The position numbers and the translations under genes were made by a program. A stretch of DNA of 64,000 nucleotides from Felis catus (lineage: Eukaryota), in assembly GCF_018350175.1 (NCBI RefSeq), contig NC_058368.1:211918001-211982000 (forward strand), in the 5' to 3' direction. Under the pieces are notes generated by a model. That model had not been told where the DNA came from. It saw only the letters and a program-made list of their open reading frames with translations, and did not search any database. Shown here piece by piece: positions 36,311-49,539 of the stretch. Every line of letters starts with the position of its first letter. The first letter of the stretch is position 1.

Positions 36311-37572
36311 CATATGTTTTCAAACAGACTGTAAATTATATATGTATTTATATGTGCATGGCTGTGGATGTATATATCGAGAAGCAAAGGTCTGTTGCTC
36401 AAACCTTTGTGTGTCATCTTCTCCAGAATTGCTAGGACTGTAGCACTGTCTTTCCATTAAAATTAAAGAAAAAATAGATGACTTAGGTGAGCTGTGAATC
36501 TTCTGTACCCACTGAGTAGATGGCCGTTAAAAAAAAAGTTTCAGATCCATGGCTCATGAAAAAAAATTCTTTTTTTTTCTTTCTGAGTACACTATCGTGG
36601 GATCTCACCAAGAGGCATAAATTGAATATAAACTTTTAGAAGAGAAGTAGAAAAACCAATTTATCTCTTGACTTCCTGTAGAAATGTCTCTAACTCTTAT
36701 CACCAACAAATAATCTAGGAATATACAGGTGAAAATACCATGTATTCTCATCTTCCTTCTTTTTAAGAGACAGCTTTTTTTAATATCCACCCCCCCCCCC
36801 ACCCACCCCAGCCAATCTGCAGTTAGAGGAGTGAGTCGAATGATTTGTCCAACTTGTTCAGCTGTGGCAATGGAAGAATATGTTCCAGTGTGGTGTTTTC
36901 TAAACCCAGTTTGCAGCAGGGACCTGGCTCAGCCACGTACTCTAGGCCTGATTATAGTTTGGACTCACTCTTCAGGTTACGTCATCCAGGACCTGCATGA
37001 CAGAACGTGGCCTGCGATTTCTCCATGGAAGAGGCAAGGGCAGACTCACGGGGAAGGATTGCTTTCATTTTGGTCTAGCTTTCTTTCCCACTTCCGAAGA
37101 GTCTTCATGTAATCACTTACTGCTTCTACCTCAGTCATAATTTGCTTAGCAGAACCTGTACATTTTAGAATTATCCACTGGGAATCATCTGATCTTTCTT
37201 TGCAAAAACAAAACAGTTGTGATCACATAAAAATTTTAAAGCACTATATATTGATCAAACAGTTTGATACGACTATGGAGTTAAGAGACTTGAATGCTTT
37301 AAAAAAACAACTACTCCTTTTGGTTTTGTGTGGCATTTGAAACACAGATCCGGGTGTGTAAATGTTTCTCATGGCCGGAGCCTCTCCCACATTCTTTGCC
37401 GTGTTTGTCGGCTGAAAGTTTGGCCACTGGTTAAAACTCCTGTCCAGTGAAATGGTTTGTCCAGTTCAGTTTCCCTCCATGAGGAAGTGCATCCATAAGT
37501 ATCACTAGACTCCCGGCCACCAGCTGGTTCTTTTTAAGGTACTCTCTGTCATTACATAAGGCCAAGAGGGCT

Positions 37573-37723
37573 TCTCTGGAATTGTAATGGGTGACTTGAC
37601 TTTTCCCACAGCTAAGATTTTCAACAGATTTCGTGGGGTCATCTCTGGAATTGTAATAGGTGACTTGACTTTTCCCACAGCTAAGGAGATTTTCAACAGA
37701 TTTCGTGGGGGGGTCATCTCTGG
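37573..37723. repeat. Tandem duplication, 69- and 75-bp units
   Basis: Units start at 37573 and 37642, and TCTCTGG recurs at 37717. Confidence 0.95.
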
Positions 37724-38297
37724 GGACTTCCTTAAGAGTAAGCTCTCTGATGATTTGAAAGGCAGCCTTGGTTGTGCAAAGTGGACCCTTGGTTAGGCAT
37801 AGAGGAAACTACCCTAGTTTTTCTGGGAACTCTATTAGGATATGCTTGTTAGCTATTTTAGCACAGAATCCCCAAATATTAGAGGCCAACCATAATAAAT
37901 TTTGTTTCTAATTTACATCATAGCCAGGTCTGGGCCAGCATCTCTTCTGGATGGCTCTCCTCTAAGAAATGGCTCCCGTTCCAGTGGTGACTCAGGAATT
38001 TAAGCTCCTCCATTGTGTGGCTCTGTAGTGTTGGAGTCCCTCACTCACCCCAGCTATTGAAAGCTGTCAAGATGTTAACTGACATTCTCCTAGGAGATTT
38101 TAGGGGCTAGGTCAGGAAGTGTCGTCCTAGCTGTGACTGCATAACTTTATTGAGCAAGGGATGCCGGGAAGTGAGGTTGTCTTGTGTGTCCAGAAAGAGG
38201 AAATGGGATTGGTGAACAGGAAGGCAGGTACAGCTGCAAATACCATCATTTGTACTCCTGAACTGATGGCCAGTCCCTAGACAACCATTCTTCAGAG

Positions 38298-38596
38298 TGT
38301 TAAAAGGTAAACTAAGGCATATTAAAATTATGGAAGAGTTTGAGCAAAATTTATTGAAATCAAGCAGTGCCAAAACAGAAGTGGTTAACAGCACCAGGCT
38401 GACAGGAATCAGGGTAAGGTGCAGAAGCAAAGAAAGGAAAATATTTGGTTACAGCTTAAAGCCCAGTTGGCTGTTTGGTTGTCCTTAGGTTTTGATTTCA
38501 TAACCTCGAAGTGCTTACAGGCTATTTTGGTTTGCTCATGGAGGCCGTCGTGGCATTCAAGCCACTTGAGTCTACGCCACCTTGCTCAGTTTAACA
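38298..38596 (-). mobile_element. Solo ERV1-type LTR (MER4/MER57-like carnivore LTR)
   Basis: Inverted termini TGTTAAA...TTTAACA, 299 bp, minus-strand AATAAA (tttatt 38350-38355). TSD not preserved. Confidence 0.7.
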
Positions 38597-40841
38597 AATG
38601 CTTGCTAACTAGCTCCTCTTCTTAGGCAACAAGCAGGGCCCTTTCCCGCTCTGCCTCCGCTCTGGATGAACACTGAGTAATTTAGAGTGGGGGAATCGAG
38701 TTTTTCAGGCATGTTTATATTATTATTATTATTCATTTTTTATTTTTCTATTGACTAAATTGCCCCATTGAAACTTGCCAAAATGTCAACTTGGGGGCAG
38801 CCTTCTCTGCTAAGATGAACTGATAAATGGTCTTGTGTAGTAGAAGGGAGACTTCCTCCAAGGAAGCCCCATAGCACTTCCATGAGGCTGCTACAAGTGA
38901 CCAGTTCAACTTTGCTCCCTTCCTCAGACCAGTGGCTTCATAGGGTAGAGCACAGAGGTTAAGAGCACGGTCTTGGCTTTGAGTCCTGGGTGAGACACTT
39001 GGAGCAGTGAGATCTTAAGGTTTAAATGAAATGAACCATATGAAGCCCTAACCCAGAATCTGGAGTGGAGTTCTGAATATATCTTCATTCTTGTTATTGT
39101 TATCTGTTATTATTGAGAAGGAAGGACCGTCTTCAGTTGGTGAGTTCGCTCATGACCATGATATGCTTTGGAATCTTTAATAATTTCAAACCTTGGAGGT
39201 TGCTTTTCTTCATTCTTCTTCCTTCCTGCCCCCATTCACCCTCACTTTTTGATTCCAAAATTAGACCTTTGTCTCATCAGATGGTTCCTTCTCATTATTT
39301 TCAGCAGGGTAGATCCAAAACTGACTGCAAAAAGACATATTTTATTTGTTTTGCATAATACTGTAAATAAACCAAATCTGGCAGGTAAAATGTCAGGGGT
39401 TTCTAACTAAAAATGTGAAGATCCCATTCCTCAAAAAACAAGAAGATCTTACAACATTAGGCCTGCATGCCAGTGGGGCCAGAGACATTGGGGGTGTCGT
39501 CTTCCTCTCACCTGGATAGGTGAGTCCTATCAAGTTCACTGCAGCCCCCACCACTTCCTGTGTTTCATCTGACACTAAGGCTGGGTTGGGGCAGTCATTA
39601 TTCATCATTGTATTTGTACCTTTGTTTTATAATTGTTGAGTGACACTCTTTTTCTCATGAATAACTATATTAAAAAAAAAGAGGAAAACAAAAGATAGAC
39701 CGTGGTGTTAAATATATCAGGAAAATTGGAGAAAGCATAATTCTTTGTGAAAGTGAAGACTTTTCATGTGTCTGAGAATAAAGCATGTGCCAATTTTGAA
39801 AGAATAAAAGCTAGCATGCTTCACTCCCTTATATTACCAGTTTGGCCCCTGAAGGCAATTGTGCTTGCTACTTGGGGAGGAAGGCTCACAATTGAATATA
39901 ATGATGTGTTAGAATAGATAGTACAACAAATGTCGTGGGCAGTCTGAAGGAGGGCTTTGTATTTTTCTTGATTGAATTTAATTGCGGTGCAGTGACATTT
40001 AAAAATTATTGATGTCTATAAATTCTCTTTTCATTGGGAACTCACGAACTTTTGGAGAAGACCATAGAGATGAAAGAGGTCTTACAGAGAATATAATCCA
40101 ATTCCCTCATGTTCAGATGAAGGAAACTGAGGCCCAAAGAAAAAGTAAGTCTGATCACACAACCAAAGCTGAGACTCAAATCTGCCTCCCAGAGCAGTGC
40201 TTCAGTGTTCTGGCTGTTCAGGGAGACAGTTGGATGCCCGAGGAAGAGGTTTGCCTGCTTGGAGAGCAGGGTTAGAGACCATATGGAGCCTCACGTGGCT
40301 TTTTATTTTCCAGGCATTAAAATGAAAGTAATCAAGGTTTAAGGCATGCCATGAAAGCTGTAATAGTAGGTCTGTAATTGTGGAAGTGGGATATTCCATG
40401 ATGATAAGGGTAGATTCCAAGAATACAGAGGGGATCAGAGATGGAGGAAAATATAATAGTTATTTGTTGTAAGCAATATTATAGAGAGGGACTTGTAAAA
40501 ACAAAATGTAACATGACTTGAGGACTCCTAAATCTTGATCAGTTACACTTGGAATAGCAAGTTTTACTATTTCAGTCTAGATAGAGCAAACAGTTTTAGC
40601 AAATCTAAAATTCAGCAATTTAAATGAAGAACCCAAATATAGTAATTGATGACTTGGTTGGCAGAGATCTATTATTTTATTGAATCTTCAGGAAAGGGGT
40701 TGAAGGAGTGAAGGTGGGTTATCAGGATCCATGGAACAAGTTCAGAGCTAGAAAAAGAAAAATTCCAAAATTTGATAGATTTGATAAAAATATGGCTTAC
40801 AATAGCTGAGCTGCAGGAATGGGTCTTTCTTTCTTTCAAAA

Positions 40842-41262
40842 AATTTTTAATTTTATTTTGAGAGAGAGATCACACAAGCAAGGCATGGGCAAAGAGAAGA
40901 AGACAGAACCCCAAGCGGGCTCTGCACTATCAGCACAGAGCCCAGTTTGGGGCTCGAACTCATGAGCGGTGAGATCATGACCTGAGTTGAGATCAAGAGT
41001 CAGATTCTTTTTTTTTTTTTAATTTAATGTTTGTTTATTTTTGAGAGAGAGAGAGAGACTGAACATGAGCAGGGGAGGGGCAGAGAGAGGGAGACACAGA
41101 TCCGAAGCAGGCTCCAGTCTCTGACATGTCAGCATAGATCCCGATGTGGGACTCGAAGTCACAAACCACAAGATCATGACCCAAGCTGAAGTCAGACGCT
41201 TAAGCTTAACCAACTGAGCCACCCAGGCGCCCCTCAAGAGTCAGTGTGCCACCTAATGCCCC
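40842..41262 (-). mobile_element. Outer Can-SINE interrupted by a younger Can-SINE
   Basis: Outer body runs to 41007; its head remnant is at 41245-41262. Confidence 0.88.
41008..41233 (-). mobile_element. Inner (nested) Can-SINE
   Basis: TSD TCAAGAGTCAG at 40993-41003 and 41234-41244. Confidence 0.95.
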
Positions 41263-41344
41263 TCTTACTTCATTTAAAAATTTCAGTAAAATGTATTTAT
41301 TTCTCATCAGCTTTCAGTTACTTGAAAGTTAATGGGTACTGACT

Positions 41345-41860
41345 GTAGTAAGGGAGAGGGCACACTCCCATACTCCTGGTTGGGATGGATTGTGGCACAA
41401 GTGTGTTCAGAGGGCAGTGTGTTGATACAGATCAAAACAAAAATTTGCATGATTTATGACCTAAAGATTCCGTTTTTAGAATTACATTTCCAGTATACCC
41501 TCTAAAATTCAGCTAGCAGGATATTTACAGAAGCATTGGCCATCATAACCAAAAACGTAAGTTGGAAACAAACCAAATGCCCAATAGGGAAATGCTCAAA
41601 CGGAGTACCTTTATAAAATGGAAAGGTATGTAGCCATTTTCAATATTTTGGATGAATATTACTTGATGATAAAGAAGAGAATTCGTAATATTGTTAAATG
41701 TGAAAAGAACATGAATCACAATTTTAAATTATAAAGATTAATAAATACTAGTAAAGCTATAAGATTGTCATCACTGGTTGTTACTGGTGTTAATAATCAC
41801 CTGATAATATTTTCCTAATGTCTATGTTCCAAACTGTATTTGTACTTTAGCAATACAAAT
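41345..41860 (+). mobile_element. Old L1 (L1ME-like) fragment
   Basis: ttggaaacaaaccaaatgcccaataggg and related motifs. Confidence 0.6.
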
Positions 41861-42186
41861 TTATCATTTAGTAATTAGAAACCCAACCCCATAATCAAAC
41901 AGAAATTTCCTCTCTTAGCTGAAACTGGCCTCAGTTCTACTGGCTACAGAATCATATCCTCAGCCCATTAACTGTTTTGTATTTATCTTAACATCTTGTG
42001 CAGATGCCACACATGATCTACTAAACAACACATTTTTAAAGCTTTGTATAAAGTCTTTCTCTAGGAGATCCTGGACATGCCACACATAAAGCTTTCTTAG
42101 AAGCAAACAATCCATGGGGTTCCTTCAATATTCCGATCTGGTAACGGCTGGATTGTTGTTAGCAGTCTGCTGTGTGTTTCATTTAA

Positions 42187-42396
42187 TTTTTTTTTAACGT
42201 TTATTTATTTTTGAGACAGAGAGAGACAGAGCATAAACGGGGGAGGGTCAGAGAGAGGGAGACACAGAATCTGAAACAGGCTCCAGGCTCTGAACTGTCA
42301 GCACAGAGGCTGACGCAAGGCTCGAACCCACGGACCGCGAGATCATGACCTGAGCCTAAGTCGGCTGCCCAACCGACTGAGCCACCCAGGCGCCCC
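42187..42396 (-). mobile_element. Young Can-SINE (SINEC_Fc-like)
   Basis: Perfect TSD TGCTGTGTGTTTCATTTAA at 42168-42186 and 42397-42415; many CpGs retained. Confidence 0.97.
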
Positions 42397-43084
42397 TGCT
42401 GTGTGTTTCATTTAAATATGCTCTTGGTTTCAAAGAGCGAAGTGCAGGCTGCAAGGAGCAAAGCCCAGATATTTTTTTTTTATACTCTAAATATCACACA
42501 TAACTGGTGATTTCATTTTTTTTAATTTCAATGTTTTAAAAAAGAAAACAATGTTAGAGTTTAGCAGAACACTTGAGATTATATACCCTAGTCTCAAAAT
42601 TTACAGATAATACAACTGAGACCTGGAAAAATTAAGTGATTTCCCCAGGGTCATAGTGAGTGCCAGAGATGCCTAAGTAAACGTCAGCCCATATGCCCAA
42701 CAGCATCTTGAGCGGCCTGCCTATGTGGTCTACCAACAGAAAGGATTTGTGAAATTACACTAGATAATTTCAAATACAAAATGGCAGCCAGAGAATGGTA
42801 AAACCTCCTTTTTCCCTTTCCAGGGGGTAAGCTTTTAGCTTTATAGGAGTCCTGAGGGCTTCTCTGTCTGGCCTCTCTTTCTTTTCTCTTTTCTGCCCTT
42901 CTGCCTTTCCCATCCAGGTCAAGAATAGGAAGGACATTACCGATGACTCTTTTGTGGGATGGCCCCTGGCTACTTAGTGGGGGAAGGCTTTGCGCCTCTG
43001 ATTTTTCTGAGAGGAGCATCTATGGACAAACAGTCTGGCTAATGAAGCTTTATTCTCACATGGGAAAGCCTCCTGCTTTATTAT

Positions 43085-43530
43085 AGTAAATGGCTGTATA
43101 AAATATATATATAATACTATGGAATGGTTTCTCATGATACAATATTAAATTAGAAAAAAACAAGGAGGGGAAAAAGTCATGTTGAAAAAGAGAATGAGAC
43201 AATCAGGGATATCTAAACACTGAATATTTGATAAAATTAAAGAATTATGATTCATTTTTTAAAGCATGATAATATTGTTTTTTTTTTAAAGATGTATACA
43301 AAATATTTACTGATGAAATTAACTGATGTCTGGGATTTGTTAGAGAATAATCCAAGGCATGGAGTGGGGAAGTAGGTGGGCTATGCGGATTAAATAAGAT
43401 TTAATTGGTAAAGATCTAGTTGATTACTAACGGATTGTAATCATTGAAAGCGAGTGAGGAGTATGTGGATGTTTGTTGAATTACTCTGTTTTTGCAATGT
43501 TTGCTATTTTGGATCATATAAGTTTAAAGG
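43085..43530 (+). mobile_element. Old L1 (L1MC/MD-like) 3'UTR
   Basis: aaaatatttactgatgaaat..gatgtctgggatttg motif. Confidence 0.65.
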
Positions 43531-43874
43531 ACTCCTACTTGGGGGTTCAGTGGGGAAAGTGAGAACTCCAGTTTGAGTACTCAGGGCTTAGAGAGGGGGA
43601 CTGATAGGGTGAGCAGAATCCCACCGTGTGGGATCATCAGTCTTTCTGGATTCACTAAATGATAGATTGCAGGATGAATGACTGAACAGCCAAGCCTGAT
43701 TATTCTGATTCTGGTGCAGGGCAGTTTCCAATGAAGTCCAAGTTAGTGCCTCCTGTAAGACACGGCCTGGTTAGCACCTGTAGTTTCAGATTGGGGTTAT
43801 TTATTTATTTATTCAACATTGTACTTTGTAGTGCCTCCTGAGTCCGACATGTTTTGAACTTGCTGTATGACTAG

Positions 43875-44137
43875 CCTTTTTTTCTTTTTCTTTTTTAAGT
43901 TTGTACTTTCTGACCATCTTCACCCTTTTTGCCTACTCCCTACACCTCCACCTCTGGCAACTACCAATCTGTCCTTTGTATCTATGACTTTTTTTTTTTA
44001 ATATTACATATGTAAGTGAGATTATACAGTATTTGTCTTCTTCTGTTAACTTACTTTACGTAACGTAATTCCCTCAAAGTCCATCCATGTTGTCACAAAT
44101 GACAGGATTTCCTTCTTTATTTATGGCTAATATTCTA

Positions 44138-44183
<46 letters not shown>

Positions 44184-44410
44184 TCTTTCTCGATTCATCT
44201 GTCAATGGCTACTTAGGTTGTTTCCATATCGTGACTTATAAATAATGCTTTCGTGAACTTGGGGGTGCAAGTGTCCTTTTGAGAGTAGTTTTTGTCTCCT
44301 TCAGATAAATACCCAGATGTGGAGTTGCTGGATCATATGCTAGTTCTATTTTTAATTTTTGAGCAACCTCTACACTATTTTCTTTTGTGGCAGTATGAAT
44401 TTATGTTCCT
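43875..44410 (-). mobile_element. L1 (L1MA9/carnivore) fragment with (CA)n at 44140-44181
   Basis: ctctggcaactaccaatctg, gtaagtgagattatacagtatttgtc, gttgctggatcatatg. Confidence 0.88.
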
Positions 44411-45699
44411 ATCACCTTTTTGAAATGGCAGAATTGTATCCTTCCTTTGTCGTCCAAGCAGATGCTTTCTGCAGAAGTCTAGTATTTTTTAAGAGCTCAA
44501 TTTGAGTTGGCTAACAAAGCACACACTGTGATCAGCTCATAGACTTCGTGACTGTTTGTTTCTCATTCTGGACTCCAGAACCACAAGAAGGGAGCACTGA
44601 AAACCACACAGACACTTACTGAGAAGAAAAATGGTTTATATTGCTCAGACACTTTACCTCCCATCTGAAAGACTTGGGAATTAGAGTGTTATGTGTGCAA
44701 AGGTTTCAGTACTGACAGAGGCCAACAGAGTTAAAGGTATCTGAGGCAAGGATGTACCAGTAGGCACTAAGGTAAAGCTGATCCAGAATAATCCTGTTGA
44801 CTCATTCCTCATCTGCTATCCATTTCCTCAGCTTTACCCAGGAAACCCTGTATTTCCCTCAGGCTAGCATTTCAGTTGGTTTTGTATTCTTACTGGGATC
44901 CTTCCAGTAGCCTATGATCTACTTGCTTATTGTAACTTCAGCACTTAGTACCACACTAAGCAAATAAGCGTTTCATAGTCATTTTTGATAGGATACAAGA
45001 GATCATATGTCCCTGGAGGCGTGTGGAATATTGCAATCCTGAAGATGAGGAAAACAGAATTAGCAGACAGGAGTAGGCCCTAGAGGCAGTTCACAGTCTG
45101 CTTTTCGCTTACGGATACTGAAACCCAGGGAGGTCCATTGACTTGTTCAAAAGTACATGTAATAGAACCAGACTAGAACTCAGTCCCCGGTGCTCATGGT
45201 TTTTCTAGCGTATCACGTTACTTATTACTTACAGGATGACAAGTTGGTGATTAGTTTGCATACTGAGATAAGGAGGATCTATGAGAGGGTACTGGATATT
45301 TGTCTATTTATGTCATGTTGGTGTATAAAGTGATGGGTACTGGCACAAAGCAGCTATAAGAGGAAAGAGAAGAAAGACGGGTCTTCGGTAATATCATAAG
45401 AACTTTAGATGAATCATTTCTGGATACTCAGAGGAGATTAGATTTAGGACTTGTCGTAGAAACATTTATGGATCTGGGTAAAACTTATCTTTCCTACCTT
45501 TCAGGACCATGCCTTCTCCTCTCCTCCATTTGGTAGGACCCCAGGATGTCTGCCTCCCTCATTGCGCAAGACCTTCATCTTTAATGTCCCACCCAAGCTT
45601 GTTCGCAAGATCTTCCAAAAACTTCCCTTACCTCTGTGCTAATCTCCCCCCAGCACCTTGAGGCCACAAGTAGAGATGCAAGTCCCCAAAAGTCATTGA

Positions 45700-46418
45700 T
45701 TCTGCTATGTGGCGGTAAATTATCTTTCCTGCATCATTAATTTCCCCTTCCTCATACCATCTTGCTTTATTTATCCCATATTGAAGAATAACAAACAAAA
45801 ACCTCTCTTGGTGAGCCCAACACCTTCAGTTAGCAGCCCACTTCTCTGCTCCTATTGACAACAAAACTTCTATTTACAAAAAATATTTAAAACAAAACTC
45901 ACTGTTTCTAATTACCCTCTTCCCATTCTTTCCTAAATTCTTCCAGGGGGTTTGCCTCTGCCACACCTTCTTTCAAGGGGTGTCATGTCACTTTTTCTGG
46001 TCAAGGTCACGTGATCTCCACATTGATAAAGCCATAGTGGTTTCTCACTTCTTGCTTTACTTATCAGCATCATTGACACAGTTGATTGTTTTGTCCTCCT
46101 GGAAGAACTTTCTTTACTTTGTTTTTTGTATACTTCCTCTCCATTTTGCTGGTTTTTCTTTGCTGATTTTCTTCCCAGCCGTTTAATGTTGGAGAGTCTT
46201 GGGACTTAGTGCTTGGACCTCACCTCTACTCCACCTACACTTATAATCCCTTGGTGATTTCACCTAGTTTCATTTCTTTAAATAAAACCTACACACATGT
46301 AATCGCCTATTTTATATTGCCATCTTGAATCTCTCCCTTGAATTTCACATTCATGTGTCTCATTGCATAATTCATCTCTCCACTTGGAGATCTGATCGAA
46401 AACTTAAATTTAACTTGT
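45700..46418 (+). mobile_element. L2 fragment, continuing at 48740-49690
   Basis: ttatcagcatcattgacacagttgat (RT LSAAFDTVD motif remnant). Confidence 0.75.
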
Positions 46419-46774
46419 GAAGTGCAACAGAAGAGAGAGTCCAGAAACAGACTTCCACACATGCAGTCTCTTGATTTAGGACAAAGGTGCTATTACAGGG
46501 CAGGGAAAGGATGGCCCTTGTAGGAGTTTTTGTTGGTAAAGTGGCATATATATGGGAAAAGTGAATCCCAACCCACATTTCACTCCTTAACCAAAATCAG
46601 TTCCAGATGAACTTCAGATTTCAATTTGAAGGGTAAAACCATCAGAGAGAACACAGGAGACTATATTCACAATGTTGGGCTTAAGGAATGGTATCTTTAA
46701 TAAAACTCTAAAACTACTAAGATAAAGAGAAAGATTGAAAAATTGGACTTCATTATTATTTATTTTCACTCTCA

Positions 46775-46880
46775 TGGTTTTTAAGATTTTATTTTTAATT
46801 CTACCCCCAACCTAAGGCTCAAATCTACAACCCTGGGTTAAGAGTTGCAGGCTCTACCAACTGAGCCAGCCAGGCGCCCC
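46775..46880 (-). mobile_element. Short tRNA-Lys-like Can-SINE
   Basis: ctgagccagccaggcgcccc head; TSD TGGACTTCATTAT. Confidence 0.88.
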
Positions 46881-47034
46881 TGGACTTCATTATAATTAAA
46901 AACTTATGTTCATTGAAAGACACCATTAAAAAAAGGAAAGAGCAAGCGACAGATTAGAAAAAGGTATTTGCAGAACATACATGCAAGAAAAGGCTTGTAT
47001 ACATTGTATGAGTTTCCTAAAAATTGATAAGACA

Positions 47035-47540
47035 GAAGGATGCTTTACTTATTGATTGCAGCGTAACAAATACCTAAGGATCAGTGACTTAAAAAAAATG
47101 ATCATTTATTTACTCACAATTTTTTCACTTTGGGCAGGGCTCAGTGGTGACAGGGTATCTCTGCTTGACATGGCATCAGGCAAAATGGGTTGAGTGGTGC
47201 CGGAGGATCCATTTGCAAAATAGATCATTCACTGCCCAGCAAGTTGGTGCTGGCTGTCACCTGGGAATTCAGCTGGGCTGGCTGCCAGAGACTTTAATTC
47301 TTCTCCATGTGGGCCTTCCCAAATGGCTTGTTGGGCTTCCTAGAGCACGGAGGCCAAGTTCCAAGTGAGAGGACACAGTAGCTGTCTGTCTTCAAGGCTG
47401 AGCCCACAACTGGTTCTACATTGCTTCCGTGGTAGTCTATTGATCTAAGTAGTCAATGGCCCAGCCCAGATTCAAGGGGGTAAAGAAATGTATTGCATCT
47501 TACATTGTGTTCAGGGGATGGTTATAATGAGTTTTTTCCA
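47035..47540 (-). mobile_element. MLT1 (MaLR) LTR
   Basis: gtaacaaatacc..cagtgacttaaaa..ctcacaat..cccagcccagattcaagggg. Confidence 0.8.
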
Positions 47541-48185
47541 TCTTTAATCCACTACAATGATCTGATTTTTAAAAATTGGCAAAAGACTTGAACAAGTAGT
47601 TTACCAAAAAGGGCTTTTTCAGATTACCAACAGGCATGAAGATATGTCAATCACATTCATTGTCAGAGAAATGCAAGTTGAAATTGCAAGATATCACTGC
47701 ATATCAATCAGGATGGTTAAAGTGAAAAACAAACACATTTGACGGTACAGCCACTGGTGAGGATGTAGAGCAATATGAGCTCTTAAATATTGCTGGTGGG
47801 AACATAAATTAATACACAACTTCAGAAATCTGTTTGGCATGGTCTGAAGACCACCCACATGGCCTGAAAGTTGGTGCTGGATGTCACCTGGGAGTTCAGC
47901 TGGGCTCTGGGCTTGGGGCCTCATTCTCCTCCACATGAATCTTCCCATGTGGCTTCCTGGGCTGCCTTGTGACATGGTGGCTAGGTTCCGTGTGGCAGGA
48001 GGCAGTATATGTATGGACATATGGATACATACCCAAGAGAAATGCATATATATATATGCAATGGAAGGTATGTGCAAGAATGTTTGCAGTAGCAGCATCA
48101 GTAATAGCCCCAAACTAGAAACAATATCTGTCAACAGTGAATGGATGTAATGTATTCAAACAATGGAATAATACACAACAATGAA

Positions 48186-48387
48186 GAGGCACCTGGGTGG
48201 CTCAGCCAGTTAAGCGTCCAACGTCAGCTCAGATTATGATCTCGTGGTTCATGAGTTAAGCTCTGTGTTGGGCTCTGTGCTGACATCTCGGAGCCTGGAT
48301 CCTGCTTTGGATTCTGTGTCTCCCTTTCCTTCTGTCTCTCTGTCTCTCTCTCTCTCAATAAATAAACGTTAAAGTATTTTTAAAAAG
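48186..48387 (+). mobile_element. Can-SINE
   Basis: TSD tacacaaca(a/g)tgaa. Confidence 0.93.
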
Positions 48388-49322
48388 TACACAACAGTGA
48401 AAACAATATGAGCCATTGCTATGCTTATCAGGGTGGATGCTTCTTTCAGGTTAATACTGAATGAAAAAAATAGACACAAGAGCTCATATTGACTCCATTT
48501 ATATGGAGTTCAAAAACAGGCAAAACAAATCTGTGGTGAATGGATGTCGGAATCGGTTATTACATTTGGGATGAGTGGTGACTAAGAGGGGTATGAAGAA
48601 GGTTTCTCTGTTGGCAAAAATATTCCATCTTTTGACCTTGTTAGTGGTTACCCTAGGTATGTCCTTTGTGTCTAAATTCACTGGGCTGTCCACCTAAGTT
48701 GTGTGCATTTTTCTGTATGTTCACTTGAGCTAAAGAAACTAACTTGTCTAAAACTGAACTTTTCATCCTGCCCCCAGAACCTGTGCTACTCAGTCTTCCC
48801 ACCTGACCCAGAAGCTTCTCTGCCCTTTGAGTCATCCCTGGCTTCACTCTCCCTTTCACATGCCAGGTTATCTGCAGATCTGGTTGGCTCTACCTTCAGC
48901 AAAGGTCTAGTTTCTACCCACTCTCCTTCTCCTCTGCTAGAACCGTCTCAGTCCACCTTGTTTGCTCCCCTGGGTTATTGCCATAGCCTCCTAACTGGTC
49001 TGTCGCCTTCCACCTTCACCCTTGTTGCAGGCTGTTCTTAGCACCGCTCCTCATTCAGAATAAAAGCTACAGTCCTTAACGCAGCTGAAGGGTCTGCAGG
49101 GTACGGTCTCAAGTCCTCTCTGCTTTTCTTGCATGCTTTCCTGTCCAGCCACTCTGGTCCCCTTGCTGTTCCTTGAACACAGCTGCACACATACCACTCC
49201 CCATTGAGTCTTTGCCTTTCCTGATCGCTCCCTTCTTATAGCTACATGTTCATCACCTCTTTTAACTCTTTTCTCAGATCTCTCTTTCTCAATGGGACTT
49301 ACTCTGACCTCCCTATTTAAAT

Positions 49323-49343
49323 GTTTATTTATTTATTTGAGAG

Positions 49344-49381
<38 letters not shown>

Positions 49382-49539
49382 GGAGAGTAACAGAGAGGGG
49401 GGGGAGAGAGAATCCCAAGCAGGCTCCACACTGTCAGCACAGAGCCAGGCACAGGGCTTGATCCCCCGAACCATGAGATCATGACCTGAGCTGAAATCAA
49501 GAGTTGGACCCTCAACTGACTGAGCCACTCCAGCACCCC
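49323..49539 (-). mobile_element. Can-SINE inserted in L2
   Basis: TSD tgacct(c/t)cctatttaaa. Confidence 0.95.

Larger units (their letters stand above)
46419..48739 (+). mobile_element. Old L1 inserted in L2, hosting two SINEs and MLT pieces
   Basis: ORF2-end motifs (gagagtccagaaacagac, aaattggacttcatt, agagaaatgcaagttgaaa); candidate TSD TAACTTGT at 46411 and 48740. Confidence 0.8.

Noticed and set aside
37573..37723. Repeat resembling a CRISPR or regulatory array
   Set aside because: Only two adjacent units with no spacers, in mammalian DNA.
40380..40830. Possible ancient CR1/L3 remnants (also ~60350-60560)
   Set aside because: Resemblance is too weak to call without an HMM search.
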